A DNA stretch of 64,000 nucleotides from Klebsormidium nitens (lineage: Eukaryota; Plantae; Klebsormidiophyceae): NCBI GenBank assembly GCA_000708835.1, contig DF237188.1, forward strand, positions 1 through 64,000, read 5' to 3'. A model generated the notes under the pieces. The model searched no databases and was not told the DNA's origin. It was given only the letters and a program-made list of their open reading frames with translations. This document shows positions 11,722 through 22,215 of this stretch, one piece after another. Position numbers and translations under genes: made by a program. Numbering within the stretch: position 1 is the first letter of the stretch; the number at the start of each line of letters is the position of its first letter.

Positions 11722-11756
11722 GTTCCGTTCCGTTCCGTTCCGTTCCGTTCAGTTCC
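11722..11756. repeat. (GTTCC)n / (GGAAC)n microsatellite
   Basis: Five perfect and two further copies, about 10 nt inside a minus-strand GTACGG donor at 11766. Confidence 0.9.
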
Positions 11757-11766
11757 ACTGCCGTAC

Positions 11767-11982
11767 CTCTAGGATTCCGGTCTGCACGACAGCGCTGCGG
11801 GAGGAGTCGTGGCCGGCTTGGGCGCCAGACCCCACAAGCGCGGGCGCGAACACGTCACGGTCGATGATGCGCGCGTGGAAGTCAGGGTCGCCGCGCAACA
11901 GGTACGCGCGCAGACGTACAGCGTTGCGCAGCTGGCGAGGCGTGAAACGCCCGCGAGTGTGGTGTCGCGCAAAACAACGACC
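11767..11982 (-). CDS. Probable internal exon of an unidentified minus-strand gene
   Basis: CCTTTCCAG acceptor at 11983 and GAG|GTACGG donor. The frame ...QLRNAVRLRAYLLRGDPDFHARIIDRDVFAPALVG... is open and GC3-rich. The remaining exons are unresolved. Confidence 0.4.
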
Positions 11983-14900
11983 CTGGAAAGGAAACCAACC
12001 GGTCACACTCCGTTCATCGTTTCGTGCTTGGAAGCAACCCTGACAAACGCAACGGATGGCAAGCAAGCGGGCGGGGGCGCGTCACTTTCGGCGACCAGTT
12101 GCTACAAGGAACCACATGAAACCAGACTTGCAGACACAGTCTTTTCAAGCCATTGACGACGCAAGCCAGTAAGCCAGTCAGCCGGACATTCAAGTGATCG
12201 TTTCCGCGGGCCGATCCGAAATTGTCAGACGCCTCGAGTCTTTCAAATCGTTCTGCATTAGGCCAGAGTGACCGACAAAAAAATAAGCCAAAGGCGTACC
12301 TGACGGTGGCGCCGATCTGCTGAATTACAAACGCCAGGACGGCGCGTGCCTCATGATTGTCCACCTGCGAGGGATCCCGGCCTTTGGCGCTGACGTCAGC
12401 AACGATGGGCTGCACGCAATTATCTTTGTTGGAGGGAGTGCTTGTCGGGGCCCTAGAATTCGGCGGCAGGCTCAACACACTGGCCCCACTTTTTGAAAAC
12501 CGCTCTGACGCACCAGCAAACCATTGTTCGACCTTGAAAAGCTGGTCAAAAGACGGCAATTCTGAGCTAGGATGCCTTTAGATGACAGACCCATATATCC
12601 GCAAACGGCTGACCGAATGCCCCTAGGGTTCTTTGCGCCGTCCCTTACCTGGCAAGCGCCATTTACCGGGCATCGACCTCAGCAACTGAAGGCAGCGCTT
12701 GTCGAGCATTATCAAGATGTCCACGACACGACACGGGCTGGCAAAGTGGTCATGCAGTGGACAGTTTCAGATTGCACGTAAAAATGGGTGGGCTGCCGGG
12801 GCACCTGAAGGACTGTTAGACGGGCCCCCCGTCCCTAGTGGTACTTGCTAGCGCTATCGAACTGGCGGCAACAGCGCGAAGCAGGCCGCCCACGAGCAGA
12901 GCGCAATGCACGATGTCTCGCTGGAAAAAGGGAGAGAACAAGCATCAACGCAAGAGCTTCTCGAACGGAGATGACGAAAAGACGGCCCTCCTGAAACGGC
13001 CGGTGCATGTTTCTCAGGAACTGCTTCCTCGTCCATTTTTCCAAGAGAGCGTCAGCAGCTGCGAAATTGACACCAATCTAGGGATCCACGGTCAGTCCAG
13101 CATCTGATTGGCAGTAACCATGAAGCTCCGGATTGCTGGAGGACCAAGGGCGAATGGTATGAGAGTTCTGTGCATTGTTAAGCAGATGCCGCTTTCCTTC
13201 TTCTGGGCCTCTATCTCTTGGCAGTTGGGAGAAAGCTGGGAACTCCAGAGTCGATTTAGACCAGCCCCTGGCAGATCGTTGACCCGGCATATTTCAAAGT
13301 CCCCACAAGACATCAACTTCTGTGCGTGCTTTTCCGTCTGTCGTGCACCAGCCTTGAGATGATGCGGGTTTCTCTGATACAAGCTATGGTTGGATTTGCC
13401 TTGTCCACGAACAATAACCGCCAGTGTGTCAATAAGATCTTTGCGTCGCATGCAATCCAGAACATCGTTCTGCACACACCTTCTTCTCCGTCTTTTTCTC
13501 AGCCCGCCAGTGCGCTGTGCCAACCGGTCCGCAAGCAACGCCTTTCCTCCAGCGTGTCCAGCTGTTGCCGCGTTGTGGCCTGCTCTTGCCCCAGCTCAAA
13601 CCCGCCTTTGCTGACTGGCTTGCCATGCGCCCGTTGGCTCATTAAAGGTCTACAGGCCCCCTCTTTCTTTTACCTCCGGTGGTTTGGACACACAGTTTGG
13701 ACGCTTTGACCCGCATGCCTGCTGGTGGAGGTTAAGATCGCGCACTCGAAGGACCTTCTGGAAGTCGGACTCCCGAAGATTTTGGAGGGGGGGGTGGCTG
13801 CGCATATTTGTGAAAGGAGGAGTCGGGCGGAGGGGCTTCGTCCACATGGCCGTTGTCTAGAAGGCACGGACATCCTGCAATAACAGAAGCCTTTGTGCGT
13901 CTACAGAAGACTTCGGAATGATTCTGGACTCCTGGATGTCACTCATCTTTGCACAGTTTCTGGTAGCTTGCACCTGGCCGTGGGGAGAATTAGCTGGCTG
14001 ATCATAAGCTGGCGCCCGTAACTTCAGAGAGTCATTCTGCTTGACGAATTCTGGAAAGTCGACCTGATTACATTTCCAACTTTAATCAAAGCTTTTCGAA
14101 AGTTGCAGGCTAAAGCTTTAACAATCAAAGCTGTCACAGTCTCCGTGAGAGGAGATTATGGCCCTGAATGAATCAGAAGCGAATTGGCCTGCTAAAATAT
14201 TTCCCATCGACTGACATGGAGCGCTTCAGTTGCAGCTTGGCAAAGGCCCCATGCATTACGGTTTTCAAGTTAAGGAGATCACAGATACCAGATGGAAGCT
14301 AAGCAGTATCCTCTGTAGATTTGCAATATCTGCCAGCCAACCTGCATACGCAGCCTAACAAATCGAAAGGGCTCACGACATGTCCCACTGCCAGCGCTAC
14401 AGATCCCTCAAGCAAAATGATAAATGGAGTTGTGCACCCTCACCCCCTAAGGTGCTGCTTTTCAGCGGCATGCGCATCCTCGCTTCTGGGCAAGAGGGGA
14501 TTTCTGCTGTCCGCCAATGCAGTGCCACCAGCCCCCTGGCCTGTATAGATTTTGTAGAGTTCTTTACTAGTGATGCGATGCAGCTTCTGCAGCAAACTCG
14601 AACTGGTTCATGTCCAACTTGAAAGTTTGGAACGGCCAATTCGATCTGCAATACGCAAAGAATGGATAGAGGCGCAGCTCAGATTGCGTCGAGGTCAGCA
14701 AGCAGAGATTGTGGTCCACCCCCGTTTTCAAATTTTGGCATTGCTGAACTACAGGAGCAAGTTTCACATAGACTCCCAATCAGCAAACATCTGCTGCACA
14801 CATTGCCAGCACTTCTTTCCATGTCCTTAGAAGGGCTCTCAAGGGAAAAATCAACCAGTCGAGTCCAATCAGCTATAGCATTCTCGCAGTAACTGATCGC

Positions 14901-16129
14901 TTGAGTGACGCCACTGATCATCATCTCATAAACTCGAAAGTCCGTACGCACCGTTTTGCTGCATGACGAGAAGCTTCAGAATTTCTGGGGCTTCCCCGCT
15001 ACGGACAGAAGCTGTTCGTTTTGCAGATATCTGTCCGTAAGCTCAAGGGTTGCAATGCAGGTACTGAATGCTGACCAATAGCACACGTCCCTCACCTTTG
15101 TGGGACCCTGTGCTAAGGGAGCCACTAAGCCTCCGGCGGCGATTCTGGTCTTGCCCCCACTGCCCTTCACAAACATCATCACGCCAATGTATGTGCGGTA
15201 CTAGCAATCATGGGAAGAGCGGAATGGACATTTGCTGTCCTCTAACAGATCGCCTTTCAATGGGAATCTTTGAGCGCGCGGTGGGAATCATAGGCCACTG
15301 GCTGAGACGAAGACACCATATCCTAGATCCTATTGATATCAATGTCATAGATCGAGGCGGCTGCTGATAAGTCATAAATCTAAAAACTGAGCAAAAAAGC
15401 AGAACCTGATCAGCCAATCCAAAGATCCAAATGCAACAAGGCAAATGTGTGCCGCAACTCCAGCTTCAAATTTGGAACGTCAGTCGTAGGATTGATTCAC
15501 CACCCCGGGGCCTTCGAACCGTTCGATTAGGCTCCTAGGCCCAATCGACGCCCCAGATGTCTCAGAAAATAGCGCGCGCGTTTTCCAACTACCTAAAATG
15601 CTTATGAAAGCCGAGGTGATTCTGAATCGTGATGACATACCTAATACCAGCACAAGTCCCACAGTATGCACTGCACAGTACCTAGTACTAAGAAGAACCA
15701 ACATCTGTGTACTAGCCTCTCATGACGCTGGGCTGCATTTTCTGTTTCATACATGTATTACTAGTTAAACTAATAGATGTACGCCTTCACTGTCAGCCCC
15801 TGATAGTTGAGCAGGAAGCTACATTCGAGCACTGTGCTGGCCAATCTGCATGGCCGGACTTCACTTTCTTCAGCGTACCTTCACGCCTGGGTTGAAATCA
15901 GAGCGGCATTGCGTGTCTTGTAGGTTCTTCAAACGCTGCTTGCCGCCATTTTGCCGCTGGAGCCACCATTTTGCACCGAGCATTGCGCCGCTAGTTTGCA
16001 CTCTGGAAACGTAATCAGCAGACGGGTTGATACTGCGCGCAATTGTCCATGCATGCATAGCAATCAGTGCCAGGAGTGCTCCTTCCAAATTCTATCCCAG
16101 CGCGCCGTTCTGCCAGGCGTTAAAGGACG

Positions 16130-19100
16130 ATGGACAAGCTAAACATCATCAGGCAGTATGCGTCTGACCGCCTCGACTCGCAAGCACCCCCGCAGTTCAG
16201 CCTCGTGGAGCTTGAAGCAGCAATCCTTTGGGGGGGAGGCAAGGTGGTCAAGGGGGTAGACAAGCAGCTGTTGAAGAAAGCATTCGTGGAGATAAGCGAG
16301 GATGAGCAGGAACTGCCACGCCGCAGGGCACGGGCGCGTGCAATGCTACTTGTCATTGATGCAGACACCGCCAACAAGTTGCAGGTGAAAACACAATGCC
16401 AGCTGGCAATGCCCATCCGCAATCTGCACTTGTCCTCGTGTGGAGTTCAGGATTCAGATCTGGTTGTATGTGAGCATCATTTGCTCTTAGGATTAGCAGG
16501 TTCTCTAAGGATATGCAGAAATCACACAGATACGCAAGAGACGAAGGCATGCATGAAGCTCATGTGCATCATCTCTCAAGCTTGCTTGCCCATCGTTGAA
16601 TTGCAGAGACGCAGGGACAGGTATCAGCAAGCGCCGCCGCAGCAGATTATGCAAGCTGAAACGGCAGCCATCTTCTCCAATGATGGCCAAGCTACTGAAG
16701 AACAAGGAAGCGAGCGGAGCTGGCCGCAAATGCAGGACAATGGGCGCAGGTAGAAGACACTCCACTCGGCATGGATGATGTGTTACTGAGTGATCTCCTC
16801 AGAAGAAATTTACCACACCGGCGGTTGAAAAAAGCATGAAAAGTGGGCTTGACCTCGTTGTTCTCTTGCAGTTTGCATGTTGATTGGATACCATGGCCTA
16901 TTAGTGCAGTGGTCAGCAAACCCTGATGGCGAAATGCGACAGCTGGGAGTTTTTCTGAAGCATCTAGAATCCTGTGGTTTATTAGCAGGACTCCATAAAA
17001 CACAAGAATCTCAAAAACACTCTGGTTAATCCGTGTCCTTACAGGATGGCCCCCCGTGCAACGTATGACACCCATGAACGCGACGTGGCAACCGGAGAAA
17101 TTGCTAACCTGAGAGAGCCCAGGTGAGATTCTCTGCCGCAGGACCCGGGAATGACTTCATGATACAGTCTGGGTTGCTGGCTGGAAGCAATTGAGCTTGT
17201 TAGTTTCAAAGTGCAGCTATTGCATGTAGACTCAAAAGCATGTCATATCCTGAATGATGGCAGGCTATTGTTGGCTCTGTTCATCCCGCAACATAATGAG
17301 GAAGGTCTTGAAGCCCCTATAATCTTGGTGGCATTTCAATTGTTCCTTGCTTTAGTGACAGGCCACTGTGCTCTATCGTGATGAGAGCAGAGTTTTTGCT
17401 TGTGGTGAACTTGCATTAAGAAAGTAGGTCAACTCTTTCAAAGTTCTGGTTACTCATGCAACCAGTTACGCAAATCTGCGACAGGCCAGATGGCGTTCAT
17501 GAATCAAAAGTGCCTGTAGCAGCAGAGGCATCCTTGCCTTCAAAGGTGCCCTTCACTTTGTCAGAATGGTGAGTGCAGCTCCTTCGGTCGGATCCTGGGT
17601 TGCCCCATATCCGTTTTAGCGACGGCCAAAGTTGACGCTTCGCTCACAGAGTTTCAATTAACGCGGTTGCAAGTTTCTGAGCGAGATCGAGTTTAACCAA
17701 CTTCGTCTCTTCCTTTGCAGGAACGTGGAGACACTGTGGCTGCCCCCGTTGACTTACCACGGCGCCCCCCGGCCAAAAATGTTCCAGAACGACCCGCAGT
17801 TCCCCCCCTACCCCCAAGTGTTCCGCCCCGTCCCCGTCAATCAGGAGTACTTTGGACCCAACGGAGCGCGGCTTGGCGACCACAATAAGGGGAACACAAA
17901 GCCTCTCTGGAGAGACCCCCGGAAGAGACCCTTTAAAGAGGTCGGAGAGGGCGAGAACGAGGAGTGCGGCTGGTTTGAGCAGCCGGTCAAGAGCCAGCGC
18001 AACGAGGGCGTGGAGAACAGCGGAGGAGTGCGGGCCAAGAGGCGCTTGGAGCTGGGGAGCGGCACGTTTGAGGCGAGCGCGAAGAGAGGGAGCGACGGCG
18101 TCTATGAGGACATGCCACCATTGGAGCCGGTCCTGGATGTGCCGGCTGGCAGGACGGAGTACGAAGAGACGTTCCAGGTGAATTTCGCCCTCTTCTGCTT
18201 GCAATTTAAGATTTTCATGACCGAAACTTTTGGTTGAGCACTTATGGAACATGCGGCTGACAAGTGGGTAGCGTGGTACTCGAAGGCTTTACGTTGCTTT
18301 CATTGAAAGCTCATTTTCTTCTACTGGCAGGAACATAGACGCGTTCCGAGCGTCACGAGTGCGGCTGTGAATCTAAACAGATACTGACTGCGGAAGCAAC
18401 ACTGGTAGTCCTGCATATGAGTAACTTGAAGCGACATTCCGTTTGCCTAACGTTGAGCTTCGAAAGTCGTCGCTTCATGCTTGAGCACAAAAAATGAGAC
18501 TTCTTATTTCGATCGTATGTCCATGGGTCTCTTCACTTGCTTTTTTATAGAACCTTTCCTGCAGGCAGCGTGCACAGGTGCCAATCGCGTCAACATTATC
18601 GACAACGGAGTCTGATGGCAGAATCTCAACGTCCACGTTGTGAGAAGCTATTGACCTCATTCAGTTCATTTCTGCAAAGTAAAGAACAGACTGGGATTTC
18701 CTGATCAATACCTGATGGCATCTTGAAGCATCTCGTTTTCCCCCTTGCAGGTGGTCGGGGATGACCCCCGGGCGGATGCCAAGCACGTGTACCGCTTTTA
18801 TGAGTCCAGAGCCGCGGCCGCCTTGCCGCGGCGCGTCGCGTCCAGCGGCCCTTACCGCAGCCGCGAGGAGCTGTATCGCGCGGAGCGGCGCCCCGGGAAT
18901 CCGCCAGTGCGCGAGCACGACGAGCGCGATGGCAGCACGGTGGTGAGGAACGAAGCCGCACTCAAATCTATCAAGGGTTTCTCAGGATCGGTTGAAGCTG
19001 AAAATAATGCTTTGCCCCGGGCGTGGTCATCATCGTCCTTGCGAAGTGATTGTTGCAGCTCACGGACGAATGCCTTGCGCGAAGCGTTGGATCGTAAGGA

Positions 19101-19440
19101 GTCCTCAATTGTTGCCTGTAACATAATCGAAGCATAGCACTCCCTACATGGTCGGACTATGCGGGTCCACGGTCTGCGCTTTGTTCGCGACCCCATCCTG
19201 AAGTTGCACCTTCGGCAGGTATCTGGCGGGAAGAGCTGGGTGAAGAACGAGGCCGTGCACCAGACCGTGTACGACCCCCGGGACGTCCGGGCCTTCCCAG
19301 GGAGCGAAGTGTTCAGCCAGCGTTACGGCAGCCCCGCGGGTATGTACCGGGAGGAGCGGCGCCCCGACTTGGCGCAGGGCCTGCCCGAGGATGAGCGGAG
19401 GAGGGCGAGCTGGGCACGCTGGAGGGGTGCGCGGAAGTGA
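16130..19440 (+). CDS. Unknown-function gene, paralog 3 of the family; intact, about 422 aa, Pro/Arg-rich C-terminal part
   Basis: Exons 16130-16384, 16607-16749, 17721-18177, 18751-18942 and 19219-19440 join in consistent phase (1269 nt) with GT-AG ends. Exon 1 (255 nt) is homologous to paralogs 1 and 2. There is an internal repeat YRSREELYRAERRP / YGSPAGMYREERRP. Confidence 0.75.
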
Positions 19441-21080
19441 GTAAAAACCATCTGTGCACTTTTCTAGTCACAATTAGTGAAAGTTTTCATCTCGAAGATC
19501 GGGTTTCATCTGGAAGGTCGGGAAAGACGAGAATGGAGACAGCTTGCAGGAAAGCAGTGCGACTCTAAACGTTCCGTTTTTTGCTGCCCAATCGTAATCT
19601 TTAAAGATGCAAGCTAGCGTACCCTGTTATAAGACGCTCAGAAACGTTGATCCCTTCAAGGCGGAGTATCTCCCTTCGCTTCGCCTTAGGCGTCTCTCTT
19701 CAATATTCTGGCCGCCTCTGCAAAATTAGACATCCCCGAAGCTGTCATATTAGCTTGAGAATAAGACCTCAACGCGAAACTTTCAGTGTTTTTCTCTGCT
19801 TCTTCCACTCAGGCGAGATGATCGCCGGAAAGTGAGCCTGAGGTCTAATTGTGACTTTGATCAGTTGGAGCTTTTCAAGTGAAGTGACCCCACATTGCGC
19901 GGTGTGCAGTGGGATCATGACAAGAAGGACGCATTTCCGCCGCACGCCGGACAGGACAAGACTCATGGGCGCGTTTAGGGAGACTCCGCTCGGGGCCTAT
20001 GACAGAGGAAACCAAGAGGACCACGGGGCAAGAGGTGCTTGTTTAAGGGAGAAGAGACAATAAGAGAATTGTGAGACTAGGATAGTGGGGCCCTGCTTGT
20101 ACATGGAAGTTGTAAAATAAGTGACGTGCCTGACTTGAGCGAGCCGATAGCTCAAGTGTAGTAGTTCGGGGGTGGGACACTACATGCTTTCCGCTATTAC
20201 TGAACAGCTTTACGATTGCTCTGTTGTATACCTGTATTTTTGACGGTCGAATATATTCATCATAAGCGGGTTCGGATTGACCTGAAAACTGAGTTAAAGG
20301 GATCCAAGCGGGTTCTTGCAACCACAAGAAGTGCCTCTTACGATCAGGGAGGCTAATCGTGCTGCTCCGTGCTGATCTTTTCACGTCCCAGACACGTCAA
20401 GGCATCGCTCAAGAAATCGCTATAATGGAAAGCTCGATGGTTTGACAATCTCGATCATCGATCTAAATGGAGCGTTCGGAAGATAACATGACCGTCGTTG
20501 ATATTGCAGTGACGCGATCCTTCCATATCAAATGCTATGAGAGCATTGCTGCAGTGCTCTGAACCAGACAAGTCAAGCCGCGCTTTCAGAACGCCGCCAA
20601 TTGTTCCCTTGGCTTTGTTCCATGTGTGTGTCACCTGCCACAGAATACCGTACTTGCATTCAGCATCCGCGCACATGCGGCCTTTGGTCAGCGCTAAAGG
20701 ATCTCATCATGATGAATGCTTCTCATGAGATCGACCGCAGATTTGCAATTCGATCAAATGTGCCGCTATGGCTTTGATCCACTTCGTGAATCGGAGAAAC
20801 CGTCCAATCACTATGTATCTGTTCTCTATGACCTGCAGAAGTGCAAGCGGGTGAGCCTCCACGTGCCTCCAGATTCATCAATATAAGCCTGTGCTTTTCT
20901 AATAACAAGCGCTGAGCTGCTACCAGGATTTGGTATTTTCAGATCAAGTTTAGTAGGTATTCTACGAGTCCTTCTCGCTTGATCGCGCTTGCTCTGGAAA
21001 GAGTGTGGCGGCTGTCGGAGAAACTCTCGAGCCCGCACGGCGCCTCGTCTGGATCCTGCATCGAGGCCGTTCAATGCACA

Positions 21081-21165
21081 CCACGTGGCACAATCGGAGG
21101 GCCAAAATTGCCTCGACAAAGTGTCATTCGCCCACAGATGATCCGTATATGGGTTGCATACATAA
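21081..21165 (+). promoter_or_regulatory. Promoter of unit C
   Basis: CACGTG at 21082, GCCCACAGAT at 21130 and TACATAA at 21159; the core starts at 21191. Confidence 0.7.
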
Positions 21166-21190
21166 GTCAGCGTTCTGCCCGCCGTCATTC

Positions 21191-21410
21191 AGCGGATCGA
21201 TCCGGGGCGCCCCCCGGCCCAGGGGCAGGACCTCTGTCCAGGGGTGCTCCACGGAGCTCCCCCGGAAACATTCCCGTCCTCCACAAACACAATTCCCAAC
21301 CAAACCAGATGCCCCACCAAATGCAATCCATCAATTTTTCCATTCCCCATCATCTTGCAGACCATCTGCTAACCCAAACAACACGTTCGACCAAAACCGT
21401 CTGACCCTTC
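21191..21410 (+). ncRNA. Putative novel small RNA gene, unit C; 3' end uncertain
   Basis: Core 21191-21267 is identical to unit A. The tail 21268-21410 has 11 G in 143 nt. T5 at 21335-21339 is a possible earlier Pol III stop. Confidence 0.65.
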
Positions 21411-21779
21411 AGTGTCACCGGAGCAGATGTGTGACGCAAGACCTCGTCTTTTGCATCCGTATGTGCTGAAAGTCGGAAGCCGATGGTCATCGGACTGAAC
21501 TCTTGCTGATCGTTGGTGTGAAAACTGAGCAATATTGGACTCAATTTTCATGGATGCGGTGCTTACTTTCAGCACTCAGCTTGTCGGCATGGTTGAACAA
21601 AACCAAATGGCTGAACAGACTCATGAGTTTTGATCTCGTCAAACTTGACATGGTGGCCCTATGGTCGAAAGTAAGGTAACGGCCCGCTTTTGAACAAACT
21701 CATCAAGACTACGTGCTTCAGAACGACGAATGCTCTTCCAGAGCCACGGTGAACACGCTGAAGGAAGTCGAACAAGGAC

Positions 21780-22107
21780 TTTGAGTGGTGGTGCTGAGTT
21801 TGAAGGAAAAGGAATGGGGTCAAATTCAGATGAAGGAAGAGCAGTGGTTCTGGATGGTGGAGGAATAGTACCGGTGGTGTCTTGGGTTGAAGGGAAAGCG
21901 GTGGTTTGCAATCATGAAGGATAAGGGATGGTGTTATATTGGTCAGAGGGGGTGTTGGTTTGGGGCCGGGGGGAGAGGGATCGTGTGAAGTTTGGTGTAG
22001 AGGGACGGTGTGAGGGTTTTAGAGTGATGTTTCCGGGGGAGCTTCGTGGAGCACCCCTGGACAGAGGTCCTGCCCCTGGGCCGGGGGGCGCCCCGGATCG
22101 ATCCACT
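21780..22107 (-). ncRNA. Putative novel small RNA gene, unit D; 3' end uncertain
   Basis: Core 22107-22031 has 2 mismatches to A/C. The tail 22030-21781 has 16 G in 250 nt on the RNA strand. Confidence 0.65.
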
Positions 22108-22132
22108 GAAAAACGAGGACGATCTCGCACCC

Positions 22133-22215
22133 TTTTGTATGAAGGAGGAAACCGTGTTCCTTGTGGGCTAAGGGCACACCAAAAGCCGCATCGCAGCCGT
22201 CGATACTGCCACGTG
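22133..22215 (-). promoter_or_regulatory. Promoter of unit D
   Basis: TACAAAA from 22139, GCCCACAAG from 22168 and CACGTG at 22210-22215. Confidence 0.65.

Noticed and set aside
15655-15720. GTCCCACAG as another USE-driven RNA gene (also GTCCCACA at about 15099-15106, minus strand)
   Set aside because: There is no convincing TATA at the family spacing and no conserved or structured sequence downstream.
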